Source: Erysipelotrichaceae bacterium
GTDB lineage: Bacteria; Bacillota_I; Bacilli_A; Erysipelotrichales; Erysipelotrichaceae
DNA: 64,000 nt
Reading direction: 5' to 3'
NCBI GenBank assembly: GCA_028723085.1
Contig: JAQYFP010000181.1
Span: forward strand, 2,053-66,052
In this document: positions 40,056 through 51,278 of the stretch, piece by piece
Position numbering within the stretch: position 1 is the stretch's first letter
How the letters are laid out: each line of letters begins with the position of its first letter
Program-made: the position numbers and the translations under genes
The notes under the pieces: generated by a model
Seen by the model: the letters and a program-made list of their open reading frames with translations, nothing else
Database searches by the model: none
Told to the model about the DNA's origin: nothing

Positions 40056-40111
40056 AAATTATTTTTTTCTTTTCCCATCTGATACAATAATAAAAAAAGG
40101 AGGAATTTATT

Positions 40112-40612
40112 ATGTTTAAAGAAACAAACATATCATCTTTATCATTTAATCCATTTGATAAAATCGGAAAAGAATGGTGCTTGATTAGTGCTACCAGCCA
40201 AGGAAAAACCAATACCATGACTGCTTCATGGGATGCTTTAGGTCATTTATGGAACAAAGACATTGCCATTATCTTTATTCGTCCACAACGATACACCAAA
40301 GAATTCATTGACGCTTCCGATACTTTTTCTATTTCATTCTTTGAAGGTCATCATACAGAATTATCATACCTAGGAACAAAATCAGGAAGAGATGAAAATA
40401 AAATTGAAAACGTACACTTTGATGTCATTGATTTAAAAGGAACACCTACGTTCAAACAAGCAAAAGAAGTTTTCGTTTGTCGTAAACTATATGTTGATTC
40501 CTTAAAAAAAGATAGTTTCTTATTTAAAGAAATATATGATAAAAACTATCCAAATGATGATTTACATATTGTATATATAGGAGAAATAGAAAAGGTATAT
40601 ATCAATGAATAA
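40112..40612 (+). CDS. Flavin reductase family protein
   Basis: NTMTASW, IFIRPQRYTKEFID, GTKSGRDENK, HIVYIGEI. Confidence 0.88.
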   Translation: MFKETNISSLSFNPFDKIGKEWCLISATSQGKTNTMTASWDALGHLWNKDIAIIFIRPQRYTKEFIDASDTFSISFFEGHHTELSYLGTKSGRDENKIENVHFDVIDLKGTPTFKQAKEVFVCRKLYVDSLKKDSFLFKEIYDKNYPNDDLHIVYIGEIEKVYINE

Positions 40613-41357
40613 AATCATTCACCTTAACACGAATATATATGGAGCCACAACACTAAAAGATATAAAAGCCCCTGAACAAAATAATATGGCCCTTCATGTT
40701 TGTTTAAACAGTGAAGACGTTATGAAAAATCGAAAAGAACTCGAAAAAGAAACACTTCCTTTAGAAAATTGGGTTTTACCATGGCAAAAACACACAGCCA
40801 ATGTACAACGTGTTTCTATTTGTGATCATGGTAAAGGTGCTTATACAAAAGAAGATAGTATTCTAAACGTAGATGCTCTATATACCACAGAACCTAATAC
40901 TTTAATTGGTGTCTTCACAGCGGATTGTGTTGGTGTATTAGTTGTCGATGAAACCACTCCTTGTGTTTGCGTAATTCATTCTGGTTGGAAAGGCACTGCA
41001 CAAGGAATTGTGGACAAAGTTGTTAAGGAGTTAATATCAAAAGATTTACTTCATCCCCAATTCACCAAAGCTTATTTTTCTCCTAGTATTTTATTTGATT
41101 CTTTGGAAGTTGGTATGGAAGTCATTGATTTGATTCATAATTTAGACTTTGATGTCGAACCATTTATTCGTTATATGCCCCATCAAAAAGCTTATTTAGA
41201 CAATCAAGGTCTTTGTATACAAATGTTAAAAAACAATGGAATTACCCAAATTGTACCTAGTACAATGGATACTAAAAAAGAAATTGAAACTTGTTTTAGT
41301 TATCGAAATAATAAACAAACCGGTGAGCATTTTACTTTTGGTTTTATAAAGGAATAA
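40605..41357 (+). CDS. pgeF: YfiH/PgeF family (purine nucleoside phosphorylase/laccase-like) protein
   Basis: QKHT, DALYT, FTADCVGV, IHSGWKGT, CFSYR. Confidence 0.85.
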   Translation: MNKIIHLNTNIYGATTLKDIKAPEQNNMALHVCLNSEDVMKNRKELEKETLPLENWVLPWQKHTANVQRVSICDHGKGAYTKEDSILNVDALYTTEPNTLIGVFTADCVGVLVVDETTPCVCVIHSGWKGTAQGIVDKVVKELISKDLLHPQFTKAYFSPSILFDSLEVGMEVIDLIHNLDFDVEPFIRYMPHQKAYLDNQGLCIQMLKNNGITQIVPSTMDTKKEIETCFSYRNNKQTGEHFTFGFIKE

Positions 41358-41359
41358 AT

Positions 41360-42124
41360 ATGTCAAAAAGAAAAGATGAACGTCAAGTTAAGATTCGTAA
41401 TATATTATTAAAAGAAAATCGTATCAAAATATCTGAACTTGCCAAGCTTTTAGATATTACACCAGAAACACTACGAAATGATTTAAATGAATTAGAAGAT
41501 CAAAACATTGTCATTCGCGAACACGGATATGCTCGTTTAGACAACTCATTAAGTGAATTACCTGTTTATCTTCGTTGGCAAGAAAATCAAAAAGATAAAA
41601 AGATGATAGTTTATCGTGCTTTTCAAGAATTAGAAGACGGTCAAGTTGTTTATTTAGATTCTGGAAGTACCATTCTTTTAGGAATTCCATATATTTCTAT
41701 GAAAAAAGATTTAACCATCATTTCCAATTCCCTTCCCTTAGCTTTAGAATGCGCTAAGATGAATTTAAATATTATTTTTGCAGGTGGAAGTGTATTAAAT
41801 GAAGGGCTTCGTTGTTATGGTCACTTTGCCGAAGAAATCATAAATCACATGCACATTGATGTTGCGATTCTTGGAACCGATGGCATTTTAGGAAGTAATG
41901 GTTTTACTACAAATACAATTCATGAAATTGGTTTTAAAAGACATATTATTAATCAATCTAAGAAAATCATAACGGTATGTGATCAATCTAAATTTGAAAA
42001 AGAAGCTCCTTTTAAATATTGTAGCTTCAATGAAACCGATTTATTGATTACCAATCAAATCACAAACGAACAATATCAACGAATCAAAGATATTAAAAAT
42101 ATTATACAAGTAAAGGAGGCTTAA
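41360..42124 (+). CDS. DeoR/GlpR family regulator
   Basis: TPETLRNDLNELE..REHGYA, YLDSGST, SNSL, DVAILGTDG. Confidence 0.9.
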   Translation: MSKRKDERQVKIRNILLKENRIKISELAKLLDITPETLRNDLNELEDQNIVIREHGYARLDNSLSELPVYLRWQENQKDKKMIVYRAFQELEDGQVVYLDSGSTILLGIPYISMKKDLTIISNSLPLALECAKMNLNIIFAGGSVLNEGLRCYGHFAEEIINHMHIDVAILGTDGILGSNGFTTNTIHEIGFKRHIINQSKKIITVCDQSKFEKEAPFKYCSFNETDLLITNQITNEQYQRIKDIKNIIQVKEA

Positions 42125-42136
42125 TTAGCCTCCTTT
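42112..42136. terminator. Bidirectional terminator
   Basis: AAAGGAGGCT-taatt-AGCCTCCTTT. Confidence 0.8.
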
Positions 42137-42945
42137 GCACTCCATATCGTATTTAACACAACTGCTAAAATAATAACAGCTGAACCACATAACGCATAAG
42201 CTCCTACGGTTTCTCCATAAAATAAGAATACCCAAATTGGATTCATTACCGCTTCTAATAAACCAATTAAAGAAGTAGTAACAGGATTGGTAAGCTTAGA
42301 TCCTTTAGAGAAGAAAATATAAGCCAATCCAACTTGGAAAACACCCAAACAAAGTAAAGAAATTATCGATGTTGTATTGCCATAATCAATTTGATTTAAG
42401 AATGGAATCGAAATCAAAAACGACAACAAGAAACCTAACATACTAGCGTCTTCACTACTTGCCTTTGGTAAAGAGTTAATAAAGAACACTCCTGAGAAAC
42501 TAAGTCCTGCACAAATCGCAAGACAATTTCCAATAAGTTTTCCACCATCAATTTGATCAAAAAAGAATAATACCATTCCTGAAAAAGCCATGACAACTAA
42601 TAAGAATTCTCTTGTTGATGGTAACTTCTTTTTATATAGACAATCCCATATCAATACAAAAATGGGAGCTAAATATTGTAATACAATGGCATTGGCTGCA
42701 GTCGTCATTTTATTTGCCATAACATACAACGTATTGGTCAACATTAAACAAATTCCTGCGGATACAACATAGCGATTGATCTTGATTTTAAGTCCTTTCT
42801 TATAAATAAAAAATAAAATTAAAGCTATTAAAGATCGTGCTCCATTAATCGCAATGGGATTTCCTGTGATATATTTGATTAATATACCACCTGTAGACCA
42901 CAAAAAAACCGTAATTAAAATATATACATACCCTCTATTTTTCAT
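42121..42945 (-). CDS. EamA/DMT family transporter
   Basis: About 10 TM segments, LWSTGG, AANAIVLQYLAPIF, LLEAVMNPIW. Upstream TGATAAAAT, 7 nt, ATG with no SD. Confidence 0.88.
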   Translation of the reverse strand: MKNRGYVYILITVFLWSTGGILIKYITGNPIAINGARSLIALILFFIYKKGLKIKINRYVVSAGICLMLTNTLYVMANKMTTAANAIVLQYLAPIFVLIWDCLYKKKLPSTREFLLVVMAFSGMVLFFFDQIDGGKLIGNCLAICAGLSFSGVFFINSLPKASSEDASMLGFLLSFLISIPFLNQIDYGNTTSIISLLCLGVFQVGLAYIFFSKGSKLTNPVTTSLIGLLEAVMNPIWVFLFYGETVGAYALCGSAVIILAVVLNTIWSAKEAN

Positions 42946-42971
42946 AGAAAAAATTTTATCAAAAACATTTT

Positions 42972-43559
42972 CTATTTACAATAACACTTTAAAACCCAAT
43001 ATCCTTTATCTCTTACAATTCTTTCCACAACACATCCCTTTTCTTCTAAATAATTCATAGCACTTTGAGCACCGTGTTGTTTACGAATCACAATATATAA
43101 ATTTCCTTTTAAGTGTTCAATGCATTGATCAAATAAAGAATAAATTACTTTTTTTCCTGTTCGAATAGGAGGATTTAATACAATGCAATCAAACATTCCA
43201 TCTTCTGTACAAATTCCATCTTGGCATTTAATTGTAGCTTTACAATGATTGTTTTTAATATTTTGCGAAGCTAAAGAAACCGCTCTTTCATTAATATCAA
43301 TCATCATGATTTCACTGTTCCAATTCGAAGCTAAAACAACTCCCACTGGACCAATTCCACATCCTAAATCTAGACAACGAGATGGATTTTTTTCTTCTTT
43401 TAATACACTTTCTAATAATATTTTTGTTCCCGTATCTAATTTATCTTTTGAAAATACGCCTGTATTTGATTGAAGTTGATATTCTTTGTTTTGAATTGTG
43501 AAATGAATTTGTATTGGTTCATCTTTTAAATTTTTATCATTTTCAAAATATTGACTCAT
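42972..43559 (-). CDS. Class I SAM-dependent methyltransferase, RsmC/YbxB-like
   Basis: MSQYF, GVFSKDKLDTGT, LDLGCGIG, DINERA, NPPIRTGK. Confidence 0.88.
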   Translation of the reverse strand: MSQYFENDKNLKDEPIQIHFTIQNKEYQLQSNTGVFSKDKLDTGTKILLESVLKEEKNPSRCLDLGCGIGPVGVVLASNWNSEIMMIDINERAVSLASQNIKNNHCKATIKCQDGICTEDGMFDCIVLNPPIRTGKKVIYSLFDQCIEHLKGNLYIVIRKQHGAQSAMNYLEEKGCVVERIVRDKGYWVLKCYCK

Positions 43560-43565
43560 GGCTTG

Positions 43566-43574
43566 ATTATACCA
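43566..43574 (-). promoter_or_regulatory. Consensus extended -10 placed for leaderless transcription
   Basis: TGGTATAAT-caagcc-ATG (6 nt), no SD. Confidence 0.7.
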
Positions 43575-43576
43575 AA

Positions 43577-43602
43577 TAAAAAAGAGGATATACAATCCTC
43601 TT
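43577..43602 (-). terminator. Terminator of glgB
   Basis: AAGAGGAT-tgtat-ATCCTCTT plus T-run. Confidence 0.65.
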
Positions 43603-45598
43603 ATTCAGCTTTTGATTTTTTAGAAGTTGTCTTTTTCGTTGCTGCCTTTTTAACCGTTGTTTTTGTGGCAGTTGACTTTTTAGTTGTTGCCTTTTTCACT
43701 GTTGTTTTCTTTGCAGTTTTTTTAGTTTCAACTTCTTCTACTTTTGGTTTTGGTCTTTGATGACGAACTTCATAAACACAAGCTCCTAAAGATGGTACAT
43801 CCACTTCAATTGTATATGGAAGATTATGCATCTTCATTTTCATTGATTGATATACTTGTGGTTCACTATTTGGGATGTTTCCATTGTATTTAGCCCATTG
43901 TGTATTGATAATTTCTTTATATTTTCCTTTGCGTTCAACACCAAATTGTTGATTTTTATACGCATTTGTAGAGAAATTCAAAATCACAACATAGTCACGA
44001 GTTGATCCTTTACGAATATAAGAATACATATTTTGTTTATTATTATCCGCATCAATCCATCTAAATGATTCCCAACTATAATCATTTTCAAAGAACGCAT
44101 CATTTTTAGTATATAAAGCACCTAATTCCATAAATAATTTTTCAAAACTATCATGCATAGGCATTTCACGTAAGAACCAGTCACAAGTCTTGTTTTCATC
44201 CCATTCACGCATTTGACCAATTTCATTTCCCATGAAATTTAATTTTTTACCAGGATGCGTAAACATGTAAACATATAAAGCACGAGCTTGGGCAAACTTA
44301 TCATTGTAATTTCCCCACATTTTATTCACAATAGTTGCCTTGCCATGAACATTTTCATCATGACTAAATGGTAAAATGAATCGTTCTGAATAGAAATAAG
44401 CCATTGAGAAATTGATTTTATTATGATGCCATTGACGATAAATAGGATCCATTGCCAAATACTTCAAAGTATCATTCATCCATCCCATATCCCATTTATA
44501 ATCAAATCCAAGTCCACCTTCTGAACTAGGACGCGTAACATTTGGGAAATCCGATGAGTCTTCGGCAATCAACATAATTTGACCGTTATGTGCTTCATTT
44601 AATAAATAATTCATACGTTTCAAGAAGAAAATAGCTCCTTCATTTGCGCCACGGTCTTTATTTCCTTTCCAATAAATGGCATTACTAATGGCATCCATTC
44701 TTAATCCATCAAAATGGAATTCTTCTAACCAATAGTTTGCGGCACTCATTAAGAAAGAACGAACTTCTTCACGCCAAAGATTGAAGTTTAATGTACCCCA
44801 TTCTGAATATGCATCTTCCGGTTTATCGTATTCATACAAAGGAGTTCCATCATAATAACGAAGCGCAAAGTTATCAGTAACAAAATGAACAGGCACAAAG
44901 TCCATAATGACACCAATTCCCGCTTCATGTAACGCATTAACAAAATGTCTTAATTCACTAATTGTTCCATATCGTGCAGTAGGTGCAAAGTAACAAGTAC
45001 ATTGATATCCCCATGAACCATCAAATGGGAATTCACATAATGGCATAAATTCAACATGTGTAAATCCATGTGTTTTACAGTGTTCAATTAAATTTTGTTC
45101 AATTTCATGGTAGTGAAGGAAATGATCAATTGGTTCCCCTTCTCTTGTTCCATCGCCTTTCATCCATGAACCTAGATTAAGTTCATAAATATTAATTGGT
45201 TGATCAAATCCCTTTGAACGTGTTTTCATCCATTTTTGATCTGTCCAATTGTGTGTTTCTAAAGAAGCAACGATACATGCATTATTAGGTCTTAATTCTG
45301 AGCGGAATGCATATGGATCGATTTTATCAACGATTTCACCACTTGCTTGTTTTACTCGAAATTTATATTTATCTCCTTCTTTTGCTTCTTTAACAGTACA
45401 ATGCCATACCCCATTTTTTTCTTTATACATGTAGTCTTTTGTGCCATCCCAATTATTAAAATCACCGACTACTGCAATTTCTTGAGCATGAGGGGCATAT
45501 ACACGAAATGTAACGCCTTCTGATTCAAGGTGTGCTCCAAAATATTTGTAGGCTTGAATATCTCTTCCTTGAAAAAAAGCCTCTAAGCTATACTCCAT
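43601..45598 (-). CDS. glgB: 1,4-alpha-glucan branching enzyme (GH13)
   Basis: FRVYAPHA, IYELNLGSW, SWGYQ, DFVPVHF, GLRMDAIS, IAEDSS, PFSHDE catalytic motifs. Confidence 0.95.
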   Translation of the reverse strand: MEYSLEAFFQGRDIQAYKYFGAHLESEGVTFRVYAPHAQEIAVVGDFNNWDGTKDYMYKEKNGVWHCTVKEAKEGDKYKFRVKQASGEIVDKIDPYAFRSELRPNNACIVASLETHNWTDQKWMKTRSKGFDQPINIYELNLGSWMKGDGTREGEPIDHFLHYHEIEQNLIEHCKTHGFTHVEFMPLCEFPFDGSWGYQCTCYFAPTARYGTISELRHFVNALHEAGIGVIMDFVPVHFVTDNFALRYYDGTPLYEYDKPEDAYSEWGTLNFNLWREEVRSFLMSAANYWLEEFHFDGLRMDAISNAIYWKGNKDRGANEGAIFFLKRMNYLLNEAHNGQIMLIAEDSSDFPNVTRPSSEGGLGFDYKWDMGWMNDTLKYLAMDPIYRQWHHNKINFSMAYFYSERFILPFSHDENVHGKATIVNKMWGNYNDKFAQARALYVYMFTHPGKKLNFMGNEIGQMREWDENKTCDWFLREMPMHDSFEKLFMELGALYTKNDAFFENDYSWESFRWIDADNNKQNMYSYIRKGSTRDYVVILNFSTNAYKNQQFGVERKGKYKEIINTQWAKYNGNIPNSEPQVYQSMKMKMHNLPYTIEVDVPSLGACVYEVRHQRPKPKVEEVETKKTAKKTTVKKATTKKSTATKTTVKKAATKKTTSKKSKAE
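43604..43740 (-). repeat. Lys/Thr/Ala-rich low-complexity tail of GlgB
   Basis: KKTAKKTTVKKATTKKSTATKTTVKKAATKKTTSKKSKAE, with the near-duplicate KTTVKKA(T/A)TKK. Confidence 0.85.
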
Positions 45599-45663
45599 AT
45601 TTTTTCTCCTTCTTTTATTAAATTATATAACAATTTGTATCTATCGCAAAATAAAAAGACAAT

Positions 45664-46626
45664 TTAAATTGTCTCTTTGAATTGTTTTAAAATATTTTCT
45701 AAATCTTGTAGTGACTCCATATTCGAACACAAATTTTTGAAATAATGTGAATTAGGAAGTCCTTTTAAATACCAAGAAGCTAAGCCTCTCATTTGATGAA
45801 TCGCAACTTTTTCACCTTTACTTGCACATAAATCCTGCGCATGTTGCATACAAATCGCAATGCGATCATCAATGGTAAAAGTATGATGTTGTCCAGTAAG
45901 ACGATCATTGATTTCTTGAATTAAGAAAGGATTTCCAATGATTCCTCTTCCAATCATTACACCATCACATCCAGTTTGTTCCATCATCAAAAAGAAATCA
46001 TCCACCGTTTTAACATCACCATTTCCAATCACTGGAATGGAAACCGCTTCTTTTACTTGTTTAATATAATCCCAGTTAGCTTTTCCTTCATACATTTGAC
46101 TGCGTGTACGACCATGAATCGTAATGGCACTAACACCTGCTTCTTCCATAGCCTTGGCCATTTCAACACAGTTAATATGCGCTTCATCAAATCCTAGTCG
46201 CATTTTTACTGTCACTGGTTTAGATACAGATTGTACTACTTGACTCATTAATTCTTTTGCATAGTCCACATCTTTCATTAAATAAGAACCTGCTTTTGCT
46301 TTAATGACCTTATTAACAGGACATCCCATATTAAAATCGATAATATCACAATCCGTTTGGGTATCTAAATACTTAGCACCATATAATACCGTTTCAATGT
46401 CATGTCCAAATAATTGAAAACTTAAAGGATGTTCATATTCATCACTTACACACATTTCAATTGTTTTTTTAGATTGATAAAACAAAGCTTTATCACTGAC
46501 CATTTCATTGCATACTAAACCCGCACCAAATTGTTTGGCAATTTTACGAAAGGCAATGTTGGATACCCCGGCTAAAGGAGCAATCACAATGGGATTATCG
46601 ATGTGTACATTCCCAATATCAAACAT
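45664..46626 (-). CDS. dusB: tRNA-dihydrouridine synthase
   Basis: APLAGVS, FQLFG, DFNMGCP, TVKMRLG, IHGRT, IGNGDV. Confidence 0.92.
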   Translation of the reverse strand: MFDIGNVHIDNPIVIAPLAGVSNIAFRKIAKQFGAGLVCNEMVSDKALFYQSKKTIEMCVSDEYEHPLSFQLFGHDIETVLYGAKYLDTQTDCDIIDFNMGCPVNKVIKAKAGSYLMKDVDYAKELMSQVVQSVSKPVTVKMRLGFDEAHINCVEMAKAMEEAGVSAITIHGRTRSQMYEGKANWDYIKQVKEAVSIPVIGNGDVKTVDDFFLMMEQTGCDGVMIGRGIIGNPFLIQEINDRLTGQHHTFTIDDRIAICMQHAQDLCASKGEKVAIHQMRGLASWYLKGLPNSHYFKNLCSNMESLQDLENILKQFKETI

Positions 46627-47503
46627 GTTTCGACTCCAATATTTTCATTAAATCTTCTTTCGTGAATGTATATCTTTCGTTACAAAAATTACAAGTGACC
46701 TCGCATCCATTGTCTTTATCAATCATATCTTGTATGTCTTCATCTTTTAATACCGCAAGTCCACTTGCCATTCTTTCTTTTGAACATGGACAAGAATAAT
46801 GGATTTCTTGATTTGATAGAATATTAACTTCTCCAAAAATATCAATTAATAATTGTTCCAATGTTGAATCATCGTATTCAAGCATTAAAGTAGACATTGG
46901 TTTTAAACCACCAATAATATTTTCACAAATTAAAATATCTTCTTCCGTTGCATCTGGTAACATTTGGATAATTAATCCCCCTGCGCTTGCAACTCTTCCA
47001 TCGGTTCCCATTAATACACCTACACTTACAGCGGTTGGTGTTTGTTCCGAAAGGGCAAAATAATACGCAAAGTCTTCGCCAATTTCTCCACTTTGAAGTT
47101 GTACTGTACCTGTGAAGTTATCTTGCATATGAAGATTTTTAGTAACTGTTAAATATCCATCACATCCTACAACCGCTCCGACATTTAATTTTTGTTCATT
47201 GTATAAAACATCTTCCACATGTGGGTTTGATACAAATCCACATACATTTCCATTATAGTAAGCATCCACCATAATTGTTCCAATTGGACCATGTCCATTA
47301 ATGGTGATATTCAACATTTCTTGTTCATCCTTTAACATGACACCCATCATGCTTCCTACACTTAACGTACGACCTAAGGCAGCACAAGCACATGGATGTA
47401 AGTCAAAACGATCTTGTGCTTCTTGGACTAAATCCGTAGTATGACATATAAATACACGTACACGATTTTCTAATACTAATGCACGTACTAATTGATCTTT
47501 CAT
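46619..47503 (-). CDS. hslO: Hsp33 redox-regulated chaperone
   Basis: [31 protein letters not shown] zinc site. Confidence 0.95.
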   Translation of the reverse strand: MKDQLVRALVLENRVRVFICHTTDLVQEAQDRFDLHPCACAALGRTLSVGSMMGVMLKDEQEMLNITINGHGPIGTIMVDAYYNGNVCGFVSNPHVEDVLYNEQKLNVGAVVGCDGYLTVTKNLHMQDNFTGTVQLQSGEIGEDFAYYFALSEQTPTAVSVGVLMGTDGRVASAGGLIIQMLPDATEEDILICENIIGGLKPMSTLMLEYDDSTLEQLLIDIFGEVNILSNQEIHYSCPCSKERMASGLAVLKDEDIQDMIDKDNGCEVTCNFCNERYTFTKEDLMKILESKHV

Positions 47504-47528
47504 TTCTTTTCCTCCAAAAGAAAAGACG

Positions 47529-49481
47529 CTATGCGTCTTTTTTCTTTGTTAATTCATTCATGGCATCATCTAGATCTTTTTGATCTACGCTTGTTGGAAT
47601 AGGAGGAAGTTCTTCTTCCGGTTCTTGTTCTACTGCTTGAGCAACCACTTCATTTGGATTAGTGATTTGACCATATTCCATCAAGTTCATGATTTCTTCA
47701 TTTGTTAATGTTTCATATTCATATAATGATTTCGCAATTAAATCCAATAAATCGCGGTTTTCTTCAAGAATTTGACGACATTGTTTTTTACATCCATCTA
47801 CAATATTACGAACTTCTTTATCAATTTCTTCAGCTACCCCAGCTGAGTAATTGCTTCCTTGTGTATAATCACGACCAAGGAATACATTTCCTTGTGGATC
47901 TGCATATTGAATAGGTCCTAACGAAGACATTCCATATACACGAACCATATTTTTCGCAATTTTCGTTAATTTTTCGATATCATTGCTTGCTCCGGCACTA
48001 ACAGCATCTTGTCCAAATACGATTTCTTCGGCAACACGTCCTCCAAGTAAACCAGTGATTTCTGCTAAGAAAGCAGATTTAGTCGGGAACATTCTTTCTT
48101 CACGTGGCATCATCAAGTTATATCCACCTGCTTCTCCACGAGGAATAATTGTTACTTTTTGTACTGTATCGGCATCTTCAACTTTCAATCCAATAACAGC
48201 GTGTCCAGCTTCATGGTAAGCCACAAGCATTTTGTCTTTTTCAGTGTATTTACGACTTTTCTTAGCAGGTCCCATCATTACACGGTCAATGGCTTCATCT
48301 AAGTCATTCATTGTAATTACTTTTTCTTTATTACGAACCGCTAAAATAGCACCTTCATTTAATACATTGGCTAAATCAGCTCCTGAGAATCCAGGTGTAC
48401 GTTTTGCTAAGTTTTCTAAATTGACATCCGCAGCTAGTTTTTTATTGCGTGCATGTACATTTAAAATTTCTTTTCTTCCTTTTACGTCTGGTAAATTAAC
48501 AGTAATTTGACGATCGAATCGACCAGAACGAAGAAGAGCTGGGTCCAATACATCAGGACGGTTTGTTGCCGCAATAACGACGATTCCTGTATTATCAGAC
48601 ATACCATCCATTTCAACTAATAATTGGTTTAATGTCTGTTCACGTTCATCGTTTCCACCACCCATACCGGCTCCACGTTGACGTCCTACGGCATCGATTT
48701 CATCAATGAAAATGATACATGGGGCATTCTTTTGAGCGTTCTTGAACATATCACGAACACGGCTTGCTCCTGTACCAACAAACATTTCTACGAAATCAGA
48801 TCCTGAAATAGAGAAGAAAGGCACATTTGCTTCTCCGGCAACGGCTTTTGCCAATAATGTTTTACCTGTTCCAGGAGGTCCTACCATTAAGATTCCCTTA
48901 GGAATATGGGCTCCCATATCCGTAAATTTCTTAGGTGTTTTTAAGTAATCAATAACTTCTTTTACTTCTTCTTTTTCTTCTTCACAACCCGCAACATCTT
49001 TAAAACGAACTTTTACATCGTTTTCCATACGAGCTCTTGACTTGGCAAATTCAAAGGCTTTGGCATTGGATCCTCCACCCATTTTTGACATCATCATGAA
49101 GAAGACAACACAAATAATAATAAATGGTACCATTTGTGCTAATAAAGTAATCCACACTGAATTGGCATCCGGATTAATAACTGAGATTTCTCCTCCATCT
49201 TTTGTCAATGTTTCATCTAACCATTCAATATTCGCATCTGTATTTGGAATAATCACGCTATAAGCTGTTGTTTTACCTTTTGATTTATATGTTCCTTCTA
49301 CTTGAATGATAGTTCCATCAATTGTCACAGATGAATCTTCAAAATCAACTTTTTGAGCTGTTTTCTTGAATTCTGTGAAATTTAAATGTTCGCTTGATGC
49401 TGATGTGTTATACATCATCAAAGAAAGAACAATGCAAATAATGAAAATAGTTGGTAAATAATTCAACCATTTTTTCTTCAT
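47529..49481 (-). CDS. ftsH: ATP-dependent zinc metalloprotease FtsH
   Basis: Two TM helices, [18 protein letters not shown] motif, HEAGH. Confidence 0.97.
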   Translation of the reverse strand: MKKKWLNYLPTIFIICIVLSLMMYNTSASSEHLNFTEFKKTAQKVDFEDSSVTIDGTIIQVEGTYKSKGKTTAYSVIIPNTDANIEWLDETLTKDGGEISVINPDANSVWITLLAQMVPFIIICVVFFMMMSKMGGGSNAKAFEFAKSRARMENDVKVRFKDVAGCEEEKEEVKEVIDYLKTPKKFTDMGAHIPKGILMVGPPGTGKTLLAKAVAGEANVPFFSISGSDFVEMFVGTGASRVRDMFKNAQKNAPCIIFIDEIDAVGRQRGAGMGGGNDEREQTLNQLLVEMDGMSDNTGIVVIAATNRPDVLDPALLRSGRFDRQITVNLPDVKGRKEILNVHARNKKLAADVNLENLAKRTPGFSGADLANVLNEGAILAVRNKEKVITMNDLDEAIDRVMMGPAKKSRKYTEKDKMLVAYHEAGHAVIGLKVEDADTVQKVTIIPRGEAGGYNLMMPREERMFPTKSAFLAEITGLLGGRVAEEIVFGQDAVSAGASNDIEKLTKIAKNMVRVYGMSSLGPIQYADPQGNVFLGRDYTQGSNYSAGVAEEIDKEVRNIVDGCKKQCRQILEENRDLLDLIAKSLYEYETLTNEEIMNLMEYGQITNPNEVVAQAVEQEPEEELPPIPTSVDQKDLDDAMNELTKKKDA

Positions 49482-49497
49482 TCTACATCCCCCTTAT

Positions 49498-50040
49498 TTA
49501 TTCATATACACTTGGGCTTAATACCCCAACAAAAGGAAGGTTTCTATATTTTTGATTGTAGTCTAAACCATATCCAACTACGAATTCATTAGGAATTGTA
49601 AATCCTACATAATCTGCTTCAATGTCTACTTTTCTTCCTTCTGGTTTATCTAATAAAGAAACAATCTTAACATCCGTTGCTCCTTTATTATAAAATACTC
49701 GTTTTACAGCCTTAATTGTTTTACCTGTATCAATGATATCTTCAACAATTAATACACATTTTCCATCACATGTGTCATCTAAGTCTTTATTGATTTTTAC
49801 ATCACCAACTGACTTAGTTCCTACATATGAACTCACTTTCATAAAATCAATTTCACAAGGAATTGTGAAACGTTTCATTAATTCCGACATAAAAGGAACA
49901 CTTCCTTTTAATAATCCTACAATTAATAAAGGTTCTTTAAATTGACTATAATAACTTTCTAATTCAGCTGCTAATTCTTTACAACGATTAGCGATTTGTT
50001 CTTCTGAAATTAAAACTCTTTCAATATCTTTGTTTTCCAT
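49498..50040 (-). CDS. hpt: Hypoxanthine phosphoribosyltransferase
   Basis: GLLKGS, IVEDIIDTG, FVVGYGLDY. Confidence 0.95.
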   Translation of the reverse strand: MENKDIERVLISEEQIANRCKELAAELESYYSQFKEPLLIVGLLKGSVPFMSELMKRFTIPCEIDFMKVSSYVGTKSVGDVKINKDLDDTCDGKCVLIVEDIIDTGKTIKAVKRVFYNKGATDVKIVSLLDKPEGRKVDIEADYVGFTIPNEFVVGYGLDYNQKYRNLPFVGVLSPSVYE

Positions 50041-50054
50041 AAATTACTCCTAAG

Positions 50055-51236
50055 TTACAAGTTGTATTGTATCATAAACAAATTCGAATTCACACTAAAA
50101 TGTTCTACATCACAACCGATTTCCGGTACAAAAATAATGTGCTTTTCTTTATTTTCAACAACCAGCCAATTTTGTCTAATATGTCTAGGAATTTTACGAT
50201 CAATAAAAAAGCGATGGATGTTTTTGGTTCCAAATCGTAATTGAATACAATCTTTTTCTTGTACATTTCGAATTACCAATGGAAAATCATTTTCACTTAC
50301 TTTCATTCCTTCAATTGTTTTTCCAGAATCCAATAATTTAAATCGATCAAATTCTTGGTAGATTAACGAATCCAATTGAACATAAACGTTCTCTTTTCTT
50401 TTGCCACAATACAATTGATTTTGATATCGTTCTAAATAATATTCATTTAATTCAAGATAAATATCTTTTTTTAATTTTTCACATAAATCCAATAAATGCT
50501 TTCTAGATAAATGTATATTCATATATTGATATAAATATACATCTAAATAAAACCAGTTATCAGACAAGGAAATCAAATCATCTACTTTAAAAGATTGAAG
50601 AAAATACAATGCTTCTTTTCTTTTTTGATTTAAAGCTTCATTTTCAACTTTAATTTGATCACAAATCTTTAATTTATCTTCTTTTGTCATAAAGTCAATT
50701 TGACTGTGACGAATTTTATTACGTGTATAATCATTTGTTAAGTTGGATTCATCGATTCCATAACAAACATGGTGTTGAATACAATATTGTTCTAATTCCT
50801 TTTTCGTATAAGACAATAAAGGACGCACAATTTCATATTCATTTCGGTTCATTTTTTCTTGAAGTCCATATGCATCGCACAACATATGACGATTCTTTTG
50901 AAAGAAATAAGTTTCAATGTGATCATCCATATGATGAGCTACATAGATTTCTTTACAATGGTATTGTTGACATAACGATTCAAAAAAATGATAACGAACA
51001 TTTCTAGCCCAAGCTTGAAAGTTATCACTGTGATCATATATTGGTTTAAGCACATGAAGTAACAATTGATTTTGTTCACAATATTCTTTTACGTATTCTT
51101 CATCTCGAAGGGCACTTTCTCTTTTTTGATAATTCACATGGGCTACTACAATATTATATATATGTTTTTGATTCATCATGTCTAACAGAGCCATACTATC
51201 GGGTCCACCAGAACAAGCTATAATAATTGTTTTCAT
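50055..51236 (-). CDS. tilS: tRNA(Ile)-lysidine synthetase
   Basis: SGGPDSMAL PP-loop, AHVNY..R, ARNVRY, AHHMDD, RPLL, DESN..YTRNKIR; tilS-hpt-ftsH order. Confidence 0.93.
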   Translation of the reverse strand: MKTIIIACSGGPDSMALLDMMNQKHIYNIVVAHVNYQKRESALRDEEYVKEYCEQNQLLLHVLKPIYDHSDNFQAWARNVRYHFFESLCQQYHCKEIYVAHHMDDHIETYFFQKNRHMLCDAYGLQEKMNRNEYEIVRPLLSYTKKELEQYCIQHHVCYGIDESNLTNDYTRNKIRHSQIDFMTKEDKLKICDQIKVENEALNQKRKEALYFLQSFKVDDLISLSDNWFYLDVYLYQYMNIHLSRKHLLDLCEKLKKDIYLELNEYYLERYQNQLYCGKRKENVYVQLDSLIYQEFDRFKLLDSGKTIEGMKVSENDFPLVIRNVQEKDCIQLRFGTKNIHRFFIDRKIPRHIRQNWLVVENKEKHIIFVPEIGCDVEHFSVNSNLFMIQYNL

Positions 51237-51242
51237 GGAAGA

Positions 51243-51251
51243 ATGATAACA
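51243..51251 (-). promoter_or_regulatory. Extended -10 placed for leaderless transcription of tilS
   Basis: TGTTATCAT-tcttcc-ATG (6 nt), no SD. Confidence 0.65.
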
Positions 51252-51278
51252 AAAAAAAGGGTATTTATCCAATACCCT
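51251..51278 (-). terminator. Terminator after the PemK/MazF-like gene
   Basis: AGGGTATT-ggata-AATACCCT plus T-run. Confidence 0.7.
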
